From the NCBI GenBank assembly GCA_050732295.1, contig JBOHQS010000001.1, forward strand, positions 46,081 to 110,080: 64,000 nt of DNA. The letters run 5' to 3'. The notes beneath the pieces were generated by a model that made no database searches, was not told where the DNA came from, and worked only from the letters and a program-made list of their open reading frames with translations. Source of the stretch: Candidatus Methylomirabilales bacterium (GTDB lineage: Bacteria > Methylomirabilota > Methylomirabilia > Methylomirabilales > CSP1-5). A program made the translations under genes and the position numbers. Of the stretch, positions 54,824-63,929 are shown one piece after another; within the stretch, counting starts at the first letter, position 1, and each line of letters begins with the position of its first letter.

Positions 54824-55540
54824 CTACAGCACATAGCCAACCTTCACGGCGTCCTCGTAAAACATCTTGACAGTGTCCAGCGAGTATTCCTGCAGATCCC
54901 TGCCCACCAGATCCAGCTTCTTCAGAATGTCATTGGTCGCAGTGATAATATGACAGCCGATGGCGTCTGCCTGAAAGATATTGAAGAGTTCGCGCGGGCT
55001 GGCCCAGATCAGTTGAATGTTGGGGTACATCCGCACCAGTTCGACCGCCGCCGCCATCAGAGACACTGGATCGCGACCCGTGTCGGCCACCCGTCCGGCA
55101 AAAACCGACACATAGGCGGCAGGTCCCTCGGCCAGCGCAGCGCTCACATCACGCACCTGATCTAATGTCAGCAATGCGGTCACATTCAGCTTCACCCCTG
55201 CCTGAGCAAGATCGTGGACCAACCCTGCCGACGACCCGCCCCAGGTGTTCGTCACCGGAATCTTGACATAGACGTTCTCCCCCCAGGTGGCGATCTTACG
55301 CGCCTGGCGCTCCATCTCGGCAAAGTCGTCTGAGAAGACCTCGAAAGAGATGGGGCGGTCGTGGATCGCGCGCAGGATATCAAGCGCAAACGCCTGATAG
55401 TCCGTTACTCCCGCCTTCCGCATCAACGTCGGATTGGTGGTAAACCCTTTGATCAGCGGGTTGCGGTACATCTCCAGCATCCCGGCTTTATCCGCGCCAT
55501 CGGCGAAGATTTTCACCTTCAGTGTCGATAACGTCTTCAT
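54824..55540 (-). CDS. tal: transaldolase family protein (TalC/Fsa-like short form)
   Basis: Motifs are KIFADGAD, GFTTNPTLMRKAG, VYVKIPVT, NVTALLT and YVSVFAGRVADTGRDP. The preferred start is the ATG at 55540 (an ATGA overlap with the gmhB stop); the ORF track starts at 55582. Confidence 0.85.
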   Translation of the reverse strand: MKTLSTLKVKIFADGADKAGMLEMYRNPLIKGFTTNPTLMRKAGVTDYQAFALDILRAIHDRPISFEVFSDDFAEMERQARKIATWGENVYVKIPVTNTWGGSSAGLVHDLAQAGVKLNVTALLTLDQVRDVSAALAEGPAAYVSVFAGRVADTGRDPVSLMAAAVELVRMYPNIQLIWASPRELFNIFQADAIGCHIITATNDILKKLDLVGRDLQEYSLDTVKMFYEDAVKVGYVL

Positions 55541-56118
55541 CCCCGTCTTCCTTTGGCCGTGCTGGGTTGATTCAAAATCCACGCGGCTGCCTCGGACAGC
55601 GAGTGCACCGTGCAGTCCGGTGGGCGCTTCACTCTTCTTCCCCTATAGTCACAATCGAGTAAGACGGTCCTGCACCCGGCGCGGTAGCCAGCCTCCACAT
55701 CACTCCAGCGGTCTCCAATCATGAAGCTGGCGGACAATGCGATGGTGTATCCGGTCGCCGCCTGGAGCAAGAGGCCAGGTTGTGGCTTGCGACAGGAACA
55801 ACCATCCCGATCGTCATGGTAACACACTAAAATCTCTGACAATGGCAGGGCTGCCAGCAGCGCCGCATTGATCGCTTCCACGACCTCTCGTCGTTGGGTC
55901 CCGCGTGCAACGTCTGGTTGATTAGTGACGCCGATCAGGAGAAAACCGGCGGCCTTGAGGGAAGCCAGCGCGTCTGGCGCGTCCGGCGGGATTTCGAACT
56001 CCGCGAGCGTAGCAGGTGGGTACGGTTTGCCATTGTGTACGATGGCACGATTCAGAACACCGTCGCGGTCGAGGAAAACAGCTCGACGCCGTTGATCTGT
56101 CACCGCACAGATTCCCAC
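55537..56118 (-). CDS. gmhB: D-glycero-D-manno-heptose 1,7-bisphosphate phosphatase (HAD-IIIA)
   Basis: 193 aa, with AVFLDRDGVLN, GVTNQPDVARG, CYHDDRDGCSCRKPQPGLL and IGDRWSDVEAG. Confidence 0.8.
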   Translation of the reverse strand: MGICAVTDQRRRAVFLDRDGVLNRAIVHNGKPYPPATLAEFEIPPDAPDALASLKAAGFLLIGVTNQPDVARGTQRREVVEAINAALLAALPLSEILVCYHDDRDGCSCRKPQPGLLLQAATGYTIALSASFMIGDRWSDVEAGYRAGCRTVLLDCDYRGRRVKRPPDCTVHSLSEAAAWILNQPSTAKGRRG

Positions 56119-57425
56119 TTCGTCTGCGCCGCTTTGAGCTCGGGATGTGACACAAGCAGGTGCCAGATTACGGCCTGAAAGGCTTCCATGTGAGGGGTCA
56201 CATAGGCAGGGTTGACCGTTGGTATAATGACACAGGCATCCGCAACCTGCGCCGTATAACCGCCGTCTCGTCCGACCACCCCGATAACACGCGCTCCGAC
56301 ACTCTTCGCGTACTTCAACGCCGCCACCAGGTTAGGACTGACGTTTTTCTCGACGCTGCCACCTCCCACCGAGAACACCAACACCAGATCGTCCACCCGC
56401 AGCCGACTCACACGCAGCCATGCTTCGAATACGCTCGCCCAACCCTCATCATTCGTCCGCGCGGTCAACTCAGAGACGTTATCGAGTGGAGTATAGGCTT
56501 CCAGGCCCACGATCTTGCGAAAATCGTTTACCGCGTGCGAGGCATTGGCTGCACTTCCACCGACCCCCAGAATAAACAACCGTCCTCCGCGTGCACGCGT
56601 TTCGGCCAGTAGGGCAACGATCTGGTCTATGGCATCCGTATCCAATTGGTGAATGATCTCGGCAGCCTCAGCGAGATACTGCTGTGTGAAACTCATGGGG
56701 TGCTTCTTTCTCAGGGAAGTTTGCGGGGCTAGGTAACGTCGGATTTCCTCAAGGCCGGCAAACGACCCGATCTCGTAAAAACGCTGACTCACCTCATAGG
56801 CGGCGAGTTCACCCTTCTTAAGCAGCTCTTGATACAACACTGCCAAATCATAGGGTTGGTGATCTGGCGCAATGGCAAGAGCAGAGTGTTTAAAGACGCC
56901 CAGCCCATAGTCGATATGTCGCATGCCGGGCGTCGGATTACACTTATCGTACGCCACAATACGCCCATCGACATATTCGACGTTGCTCTTATCCCAGCGC
57001 CCCTGGTTGTGAAAGAGCGTCATCAATGCTTGCCTGCCGCTCTGCTCGAACGCAGTCTGCACCGCGCGATAATCACAAGGCAAGTAGGAGTCTCCATACA
57101 ACACGAAAAACGCATGCCCGAGTGCAGGCAACGCTTGCTTGATTGCCCCGGCGGTGCCCTGCAATCGCAGGCCATCAAAGGCAAACCCGATATGCAGACC
57201 AAAGCGGGCGCCATCCCCTACCCACTCCTGGATCATCTCCCCCAGGTATCCGGCGCAGACGATCACCCGCTCAATGCCATTGATACGCAACAGGCGCAGT
57301 TGGTGGGCGATAAACGGTTCCCCATTCACATCGACCAGGGCCTTGGGAATGGTCTCCGTCAGAGGCCGCAGCCGCATCGCTGGGCCTCCCGCCAAAATCG
57401 CAACCGGCAACATCCCTGTGCTCAT
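56100..57425 (-). CDS. fusion: heptose-1-phosphate nucleotidyltransferase (HddC-like) plus SIS-domain sedoheptulose-7-phosphate isomerase (GmhA-like)
   Basis: 441 aa. The N-terminal part has VAILAGGPAMRLRPLTETIPKALVDVNGEPFIAHQL. The C-terminal part has GGRLFILGVGGSAANASHAVNDF...VFSVGGGS...VIGVVGRDGG. Confidence 0.8.
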   Translation of the reverse strand: MSTGMLPVAILAGGPAMRLRPLTETIPKALVDVNGEPFIAHQLRLLRINGIERVIVCAGYLGEMIQEWVGDGARFGLHIGFAFDGLRLQGTAGAIKQALPALGHAFFVLYGDSYLPCDYRAVQTAFEQSGRQALMTLFHNQGRWDKSNVEYVDGRIVAYDKCNPTPGMRHIDYGLGVFKHSALAIAPDHQPYDLAVLYQELLKKGELAAYEVSQRFYEIGSFAGLEEIRRYLAPQTSLRKKHPMSFTQQYLAEAAEIIHQLDTDAIDQIVALLAETRARGGRLFILGVGGSAANASHAVNDFRKIVGLEAYTPLDNVSELTARTNDEGWASVFEAWLRVSRLRVDDLVLVFSVGGGSVEKNVSPNLVAALKYAKSVGARVIGVVGRDGGYTAQVADACVIIPTVNPAYVTPHMEAFQAVIWHLLVSHPELKAAQTKWESVR

Positions 57426-57427
57426 GA

Positions 57428-58405
57428 CTAAACCACGATCTTTGTGCCTTCAAAATCGAAACGAAAACGCACCTCCTGCAAGCCTGCCTCCCGCATAGCC
57501 CGTCGTAGGCGCACTTTATCTTCAGCATAGAACATCAAGAAGCCGCCTCCACCTGCCCCGATCAACTTCCCGCCCAAGGCACCATTCTGACGGGCCAACT
57601 CGTACCACTGGTTGATCTGGTCATTGCTCATAATCGCGGAACGCTCCTTCTTATGCTCCCAATGCACATTCATCAGTTCGGCAAACCGTTCCAAGCCACC
57701 AGCTTCCAGTGCCTCTTTGCTCTCCCGACCAAGTTCTTTGATAAAATGGAGATTGGCAATCATCTCCCGATCGTTCTGCTTGCTCCTGACATGCTGTTCT
57801 CTAAGAATTTCCGAGGCGGACCGCGAGTAGCCGGTAAAGAACAATAGGAGGTTGTCCTCCAGATTGTAGAGTGTGTCTGTATCAATCTTGAGCGGCCACG
57901 CCCCTACCTCATGGTTGGGCAGGAAGCGGAAACAGGTGATCCCGCCATAGGCGGCAATATATTGATCTTGCTTGCCGACCGGCTCTTTGAGCAGATCAAT
58001 TTCAATGTGGCAGGCCTGCTCGGCCAGCTCTTGCGGATGGATGAGGTTCTTGTTCAGGGCGTGCAGGGCCTTTAGCAGCGCAGTCGTAAAGCTCCCCGAG
58101 GAGCCCAGGCCTGTGCCGGCCGGGATGTCGGCCATGCTGGTAATTTCCAGATGGGGTGCTCCGATCCCTGTCAATCTCAGCGCTTCGCGAATAAGGGGAT
58201 GCTGCACTTCGTCCACGTACCGAACCCGCTCCATCTTGGAGTACTTGAGGATCAACTCTTGCACGAAGGTTTGATGCAGCGTGATATAGACATACTTATC
58301 TATGGCCGCTGCAATGACGAAACCACTGTGCTCGCAATAGTACGAGCGCAGATCAGTTCCCCCTCCGCCCAGGGAGATACGCAATGGACTGCGGGTGATG
58401 ATCAT
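57428..58405 (-). CDS. hddA: GHMP-family sugar kinase (D-glycero-alpha-D-manno-heptose-7-phosphate kinase-like)
   Basis: 325 aa, with MIITRSPLRISLGGGGTDL, DIPAGTGLGSSGSFT and GGKLIGAGGGGFLMF. Confidence 0.8.
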   Translation of the reverse strand: MIITRSPLRISLGGGGTDLRSYYCEHSGFVIAAAIDKYVYITLHQTFVQELILKYSKMERVRYVDEVQHPLIREALRLTGIGAPHLEITSMADIPAGTGLGSSGSFTTALLKALHALNKNLIHPQELAEQACHIEIDLLKEPVGKQDQYIAAYGGITCFRFLPNHEVGAWPLKIDTDTLYNLEDNLLLFFTGYSRSASEILREQHVRSKQNDREMIANLHFIKELGRESKEALEAGGLERFAELMNVHWEHKKERSAIMSNDQINQWYELARQNGALGGKLIGAGGGGFLMFYAEDKVRLRRAMREAGLQEVRFRFDFEGTKIVV

Positions 58406-58698
58406 ATGCTTGACACCTTGTAGATGCGCTCGACGACCTGCAACGCCGCCCGGGCGTCGCGCAGGCTGGCTGCCGGCTGGCGTCCCAGGCGGATATCCTC
58501 GACAAACTCGGCGAATTCAACCTCCCAGGAGGTGTCAGCCATCGGATACTCCCACATCGTCATCTCCGGCGGCCCCATCTGCGGCAGCATGCGATAATAG
58601 GTTAGTCTCTCCGTGCCATAGCTTCCCACCCAAGCCGGTCGTATCCAGCGTCCCCTGGCGCCCAAGGATCTCAAAGAAAAGAGATTTTTCCACATCAA
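58402..58698 (-). pseudogene. C-terminal remnant of a Gfo/Idh/MocA-type oxidoreductase
   Basis: The 98-aa ORF contains SWEVEFAEFVEDIRLGRQPAASLRDARAALQVVERIY, typical of the C-terminal end of these oxidoreductases. There is no Rossmann N-domain. Its stop overlaps the hddA start (ATGA). Confidence 0.5.
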
Positions 58699-58719
58699 TC
58701 AAATGTACCCCTTAATGGA

Positions 58720-59040
58720 TTAGCTCGCCTCCTGAGATCGCTGGATTAGCGCGCACTTTTCGTTCTTACGCGGGTGGTGCGTGCTAGAGCGCATGTCGGC
58801 ATTCGTAGCCAGATGGAAGATACAGTCGGTACCACGCATAGCCTGCGTCAAACGATTCAGGTCAAGGGTATGGCCGCGTACCAGGTGGAAGCGGGGTGAC
58901 AGCTGTGCCTCTACCAGAAACCCAGGCTGCCCAGTGGGGAAGTTATCGTACCCGACCACCTCGTGGTGGCCATCTTGCAACAGGCGATCCACCAGAGTGC
59001 TGCCTATAAAGCCCACTCCCCCTGTTACAAAGTAACGCAA
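58720..59040 (-). pseudogene. N-terminal remnant (~90 aa) of an NAD-dependent epimerase/dehydratase
   Basis: MRYFVTGGVGFIGSTLVDRLL...CIFHLATNADMRSSTHHPRK, after which similarity ends and a stop follows at 106 aa. The catalytic S/YxxxK region is absent. Confidence 0.6.
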
Positions 59041-59057
59041 ACCAGAACCTCCAGTAT

Positions 59058-60089
59058 TTACGGCACAACCTCACCCAACGGTGCTTTCCGGGCTGGTTGC
59101 CTCACCGCGATCACTCGCCCAAGATTCATAAGTGATTCCCCCAAGCGCCACAAGCCTACGATGCCCAGGGTTGTGGTGAGGACGTAGTACGTCAGGTGGG
59201 CTGTCAGGGTAATGGCCAGGGCGGTGGCAGCATCGTATTTGGCCCCAAATGGAAGGACCAGCGCCTGCTGCCCGATTAACTGGAAGACGCCTACGAAGCC
59301 TGGGCTCGACGGTACGGCCACGGCAAATGCCAACGCCACCATCATAAAGGCGGCCTCCACAAGACGACCATCTGGCTGAAAGGCGCAGAGCACGCTCCAG
59401 AACATGGCGACCGAGAAACCCCAGGTTACCAGCGACCAGCCGACCGCTCGCAGGGTGGTCCGCCAGCGCGTCAAAGGCAGGAAACCGCTGACGAGTTCTT
59501 TCCAGCGCACAACGACTTTTTCTGCCGGCAGCAATGGCAAACGTGTGCAGACAGATTGTAAGAGCCTCTCGCTGTAGTCGCTGAAACGTACCACCAGCAG
59601 TAAAATCCCCAGCCCCATCAAGACCAGAACCCCGAATGACACACCAATCCGGTTCATCAGGGTGGGTACCTGCATCCACGGCAACACCAGGATCAGCACG
59701 AGCACGTTGGTCGCGACATCCAGCAACCGCTCTACGATTGCTGAGGCCGTCACCTGCATGACTGGAAGTCCACAACGGTCGGCCATGACGAGCACACGTG
59801 CAGGTTCGCCGGCGCGCAGGGGAAAAACGTTGGTGAACAGAAATCCCACGCTCTGAGCCCAGAAGGAGTCCGCAAACTTTCCTTCCTTGTCCAGCAGGAC
59901 TAGCCAGCGCCGAGCGCGAGTAACAACCGCCAGCAACTGTGAAACGATGGCCGCCAGCAGCAAAAGAAAGTTGGCGCCTGCCAACACGCGGACCAGCTCA
60001 CCCAGAGGCACGTTGCGAAACGCGAACCACAGGCATAGCAGGCTAATTGTGCAGCCCAATAAGAAACGCCAGGTCTTGAACAGGGTCAC
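59058..60089 (-). CDS. UPF0104/LPG-synthase-TM family ('flippase-like') membrane protein
   Basis: 343 aa with ~8 TM segments. The N-terminus is FLLGCTISLLCLWFAFRNVPLGEL and the protein contains FPLRAGEPAR. There is a 4-nt overlap with the upstream GT2. Confidence 0.7.
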   Translation of the reverse strand: MTLFKTWRFLLGCTISLLCLWFAFRNVPLGELVRVLAGANFLLLLAAIVSQLLAVVTRARRWLVLLDKEGKFADSFWAQSVGFLFTNVFPLRAGEPARVLVMADRCGLPVMQVTASAIVERLLDVATNVLVLILVLPWMQVPTLMNRIGVSFGVLVLMGLGILLLVVRFSDYSERLLQSVCTRLPLLPAEKVVVRWKELVSGFLPLTRWRTTLRAVGWSLVTWGFSVAMFWSVLCAFQPDGRLVEAAFMMVALAFAVAVPSSPGFVGVFQLIGQQALVLPFGAKYDAATALAITLTAHLTYYVLTTTLGIVGLWRLGESLMNLGRVIAVRQPARKAPLGEVVP

Positions 60090-60904
60090 GGCTTGGTCTC
60101 GACATCGTCCACAGTCGGCAGCAGCGCCAAATGCTGTGAATCCCCAAAGCGGATACGAAAGATATCTATCACGTTCTGCACGTTGGCGCTCAGCAACGCC
60201 AGACGGCTATCGCCATCATAACGCCAGCGGATCGGCACTTGCGCGATCCGATAGCCCGCATGCTGGGCCAGATAGAGAACCTCAACGTCAAACATGCCGC
60301 CATCGATTCTCTGCCGTCCGAAGAGATCCAGGGCGGCACGGCGTTGAAAGAATTTAAAGCCACACTGGGTATCAACAATGTCATGCAGGCCTACGACTGC
60401 ATGTATAAAAAGGCGAAAAACCTTCGAACCCAGGCGCCGGTACAGCGGCTGGGCCTGCTCGATACGCGATTCGCGCAGGGCGCGCGAGCCGATGACGACC
60501 TCGTAGCCACCGCGTAGCCACGGCTCGAACTTGTCAAACTCGTCAATCGGCGTCTTGTTATCGGCGTCGGCAAAGCCGATGACCTCGCCCTTCGCCAGCG
60601 CCACCCCTTGGCGGATGCCATGACCCTTGCCACGTCGTGCGACGCTGCCGATCACTTTCAGCGTCGGATCGGCCCTGGCCATCTCCGCCACCAACTCACG
60701 CGTGCCATCGTCACCGTCAGCGGAGACAATGATTTCGAAGCGATACCGGCGCTGCTCAAAATACGCTCTTGCTTCTCCAATCGTTTGGGCAATACGTTTG
60801 ACTTCGTTGTACGCAGGGAGAATCAGACTAACAGAACATTGAGACTTCGCATCGCGCCCCACAACCGCCTCCCTTGCAACAGGTATCGAGAGGCCCTGTA
60901 CCAC
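60086..60904 (-). CDS. family 2 glycosyltransferase of the polyprenyl-phosphate sugar synthase type (DPM1/GtrB/ArnC-like)
   Basis: 272 aa, with VSLILPAYNEVKRIAQTI, VSADGDDGT, FADADNKTP and DTQCGFKFF. Confidence 0.8.
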   Translation of the reverse strand: MVQGLSIPVAREAVVGRDAKSQCSVSLILPAYNEVKRIAQTIGEARAYFEQRRYRFEIIVSADGDDGTRELVAEMARADPTLKVIGSVARRGKGHGIRQGVALAKGEVIGFADADNKTPIDEFDKFEPWLRGGYEVVIGSRALRESRIEQAQPLYRRLGSKVFRLFIHAVVGLHDIVDTQCGFKFFQRRAALDLFGRQRIDGGMFDVEVLYLAQHAGYRIAQVPIRWRYDGDSRLALLSANVQNVIDIFRIRFGDSQHLALLPTVDDVETKP

Positions 60905-61075
60905 CTTACGATGTTCTCAAGTACCTCCGTAGACAACGCAAACCAAAGCGGGAAAAGCTCTAATCCACAATTCCCTGGTGTTCTGCAAGAACTTGGAACC
61001 CTCCGCATCACGTCTTTCATTCATTTCGAAATTCGAGCCCTTTCTTCAAGTATCTTCCGGGCAAGAGTGTTTCAC

Positions 61076-62899
61076 CTATCTCGGCAAGATATGGGCGTAA
61101 TACTCTGTATGCTCGATCCGTTGCCAGCCGCTGGTCGATGCAGAACTCGGCACTTGTGCCACGATGACTTTTGCACCAGTTCTCGCTAGTGTATTGATCA
61201 CTTCGGACTTAACCGAATGGTCCGCGGTCCAAAATTTGTCTCCTTCTTGAAATCTTCCGGCGTGGGGAATCTCTGCAACGATCTGGACCCGGGCCAGTCG
61301 AGCCCAAGGAGACATCCAACTCCCCCATCCAATTACTGCCACCCTGTCTCCCGGTTGAACTCCCAGGCGGTTCAAGCCGTCAGCAACCTGCCAGTGCACA
61401 TGAGCCGAAGCATCTTCCCCCTCCATCAGGTCGCGATACGCAGAGTAAGCTTTTCGCACGGTGATACCGCCAATGGCAATCATCATCGTCGTCACCATGG
61501 CAATGGTCACCCAGGCTACCAGTCTACTCGAGTCCGGGGACTCAGGCAGGGCCACGCCGGAGAAGAGTCCCGCCCAAAAAAGCACAACAAACGCGGCCAC
61601 ATATCTCGGCTCTACGTGTACTAGCGAATACATACCCAGCGCTGCGATTGCCGGAATCAGTAAGCTCCAGTGTGCTGCGATATCCTGCACGCACCCCCAC
61701 CGTCGGCGACCCATAAACAAGAGTATGAGGAGGCCCACAATTAGCACTCCCTGCGATTCGAAGAAGAGATCGTAGTACACTTGGCCACTCAATGCTAAGA
61801 CCCTCATCTGCCCCTGCAGATCAAAGCGGGGAACCACCCCTTCATACCAGTAAGATGAATCGTAGTGCGGCGGATATGTCCCGCCAATCGGGGTTCCGAA
61901 CTCATACATGGCCGGCTCATCGAAAACCTTTCTCACAGGATGCCTAGGTGTACCGCTGCCAGTGGGCCCGCCTTGCCAGTGTCTGTGTGTAACTCCACTG
62001 ACAAACCATGCGTAATTTAATCTTCCGCTATCACCAATCGTCAGGCGCCCTTTGGCCACGGAAATTGCGACGATGAATGGGCCTGCTAGCGATAGGAAGA
62101 CGAGCAATGCGACCAGCACACGGGGCACTGCTTTGCGGAGATTGCCGACCGCGAACAGGCTGACTCCCAGAAACACGAAGGCCAGGGGGAACAGAGGTGT
62201 CTTCGCCAGATAGCCCAATCCCAGGACCAACCCCAAAAGGACAAACATCGGCCAACTCGCAGACCCCGTGTGGATGCGCAGTACCATCCCGGCAGCCAAA
62301 TACACAAACGCCGCAAGACCCATGTCGGGACCCACCACCGAGATAGTAATCAACTTCAGGGAGGACCAAACGAACAGGGTATAACCCAGTACCAGCCACG
62401 CCCATTCGGGCAAAGTCACACATCCTTTTCCAGAAGACCCGACGCTCTGATTGTAACGAATCACTTCGTGCAAAAAGAAGTGGAAAGAGCCCAGCGCGAT
62501 CAGGTAGATAAGAAAATTTACAAGATGTACTACAGAGAATTGCCAATACGAGGACGGTCGTAGCACAAACATGGCCAGACCTAAGAGCCAGGAATACAAC
62601 GGGCTCCAACTGGCATTGATAGCCATCTTCCAGTCGCCCCGTAAGTACGCATCACCCATGTCGAGATAAACGACTCCGTCCGAGTTCATGGCATGACGGG
62701 CAGCCCACATATGAAGAAGACCCAGGACTACAGCTACAAACCAGAAGATGGCTATAATCCGCCGCCGCAGGTAGTTTCTATCAGGTACTGACGAAACAAT
62801 GATTTCTGGTAGATGGACAGACCTTAGATCGTCTTTCACGTCGTTTTTCGTCATTCTCATGGAATCGCCGTCATTTTCTCCAGAAGAAACGATCATCAA
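61076..62899 (-). CDS. GT-C fold glycosyltransferase (ArnT/PMT, GT39/GT83-like)
   Basis: 607 aa with >=10 TM segments. The first periplasmic loop, DGVVYLDMGDAYLRGDWKMAINASWSPLYSWLLGL, fits the D-x-x-Y...GDW...PLY.W pattern of this family. Confidence 0.7.
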   Translation of the reverse strand: MMIVSSGENDGDSMRMTKNDVKDDLRSVHLPEIIVSSVPDRNYLRRRIIAIFWFVAVVLGLLHMWAARHAMNSDGVVYLDMGDAYLRGDWKMAINASWSPLYSWLLGLAMFVLRPSSYWQFSVVHLVNFLIYLIALGSFHFFLHEVIRYNQSVGSSGKGCVTLPEWAWLVLGYTLFVWSSLKLITISVVGPDMGLAAFVYLAAGMVLRIHTGSASWPMFVLLGLVLGLGYLAKTPLFPLAFVFLGVSLFAVGNLRKAVPRVLVALLVFLSLAGPFIVAISVAKGRLTIGDSGRLNYAWFVSGVTHRHWQGGPTGSGTPRHPVRKVFDEPAMYEFGTPIGGTYPPHYDSSYWYEGVVPRFDLQGQMRVLALSGQVYYDLFFESQGVLIVGLLILLFMGRRRWGCVQDIAAHWSLLIPAIAALGMYSLVHVEPRYVAAFVVLFWAGLFSGVALPESPDSSRLVAWVTIAMVTTMMIAIGGITVRKAYSAYRDLMEGEDASAHVHWQVADGLNRLGVQPGDRVAVIGWGSWMSPWARLARVQIVAEIPHAGRFQEGDKFWTADHSVKSEVINTLARTGAKVIVAQVPSSASTSGWQRIEHTEYYAHILPR

Positions 62900-62936
62900 T
62901 TTGCCCTGACGAGCTTCGCGCGGTAACTGATGTTGC

Positions 62937-63929
62937 TCATGTACCCGCCAGCCCCGCGGAAATCGCCGGGATCACGAGTCTGCTCTGCCCCCCCATACGT
63001 CTGCGGAAATCAGCAATCGTCGCCTCAAGCCCCGTCCGGAGGGTAATCCGGGGCTCCCAGCCGAGGTGCACCTTGGCCCGCGTGATATCCGGCCTCCGGA
63101 CCTTCGGATCGTCCTGCGGCAGAGGCCGAAACTCAATAGGGCTGTCGCTGCCGACGAGCTCCTTGACGAGGTGGGCAAGCTCTAGGATGGTCATCTCGTT
63201 CGGATTCCCGAGGTTCACCGGCTCGGTGACGGAGGAATCGAGGAGGCGGAGGAGCCCCTCGATGAGGTCCGACACATAGCAGAAACTCCGGGTCTGGGAG
63301 CCGTCGCCATAGACCGTGAGAGGATGGTTGTGGAGGGCCTGGACGATGAAGTTCGCCACCGCCCGACCGTCGTCGAGCCGCTGGCGCGGGCCATAGGTAT
63401 TGAAGATCCGGGCGATGCGGGTCTCGAGGCCGTGAGAGAGGTGGTACGCCATCGTCATGGCCTCGGCGAAGCGCTTGGCCTCGTCGTAGACCCCCCTGGG
63501 GCCAATGGGATTAACGTGCCCCCAGTACGTCTCCGGCTGGGGGTTGACCTGTGGGTCGCCGTAGATCTCGGAGGTCGAGGCGAGCAGGAGACGCGCCCCT
63601 TTGGCCTTGGCCAGGCCCAGGGCCTTGTGAGTACCGAGGGCTCCGACCTTGAGAGTCTGGATCGGGTACTTGAGGTAGTCCACGGGACTCGCCGGCGAGG
63701 CCAAGTGGAGCACGTTATGCACTGGCCCATCCGCATAAAGGTACTCAGTGACGTCCATCTTCACGAACCGAAACCGCGGGTGACCAAACAGATGGGCAAT
63801 GTGATCGAGCTCGGCGGTGATCAGATTATCCAGGCAGATCACCTCATGACCCTCGTGGAGCAGGCGGTCCACCAGATGGGAACCGAGGAATCCAGCTCCT
63901 CCGGTCACGACAGTCCGCGGCATCCTCAC
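62937..63929 (-). CDS. uxs: UDP-glucuronate decarboxylase (UDP-xylose synthase)
   Basis: 330 aa, with [18 protein letters not shown] and [42 protein letters not shown]. Confidence 0.85.
   Translation of the reverse strand: MRMPRTVVTGGAGFLGSHLVDRLLHEGHEVICLDNLITAELDHIAHLFGHPRFRFVKMDVTEYLYADGPVHNVLHLASPASPVDYLKYPIQTLKVGALGTHKALGLAKAKGARLLLASTSEIYGDPQVNPQPETYWGHVNPIGPRGVYDEAKRFAEAMTMAYHLSHGLETRIARIFNTYGPRQRLDDGRAVANFIVQALHNHPLTVYGDGSQTRSFCYVSDLIEGLLRLLDSSVTEPVNLGNPNEMTILELAHLVKELVGSDSPIEFRPLPQDDPKVRRPDITRAKVHLGWEPRITLRTGLEATIADFRRRMGGQSRLVIPAISAGLAGT

Noticed and set aside
59071-59775. Same-strand alternative-frame ORFs inside real genes: 59071-59775 (234 aa), 62031-62609 (192 aa) and 49878-50285 (135 aa).
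   Set aside because: They are fully nested in the UPF0104, GT-C and SDR genes, whose frames carry the family motifs and TM patterns. The nested translations are low-complexity (Arg/Gly/Pro-rich).
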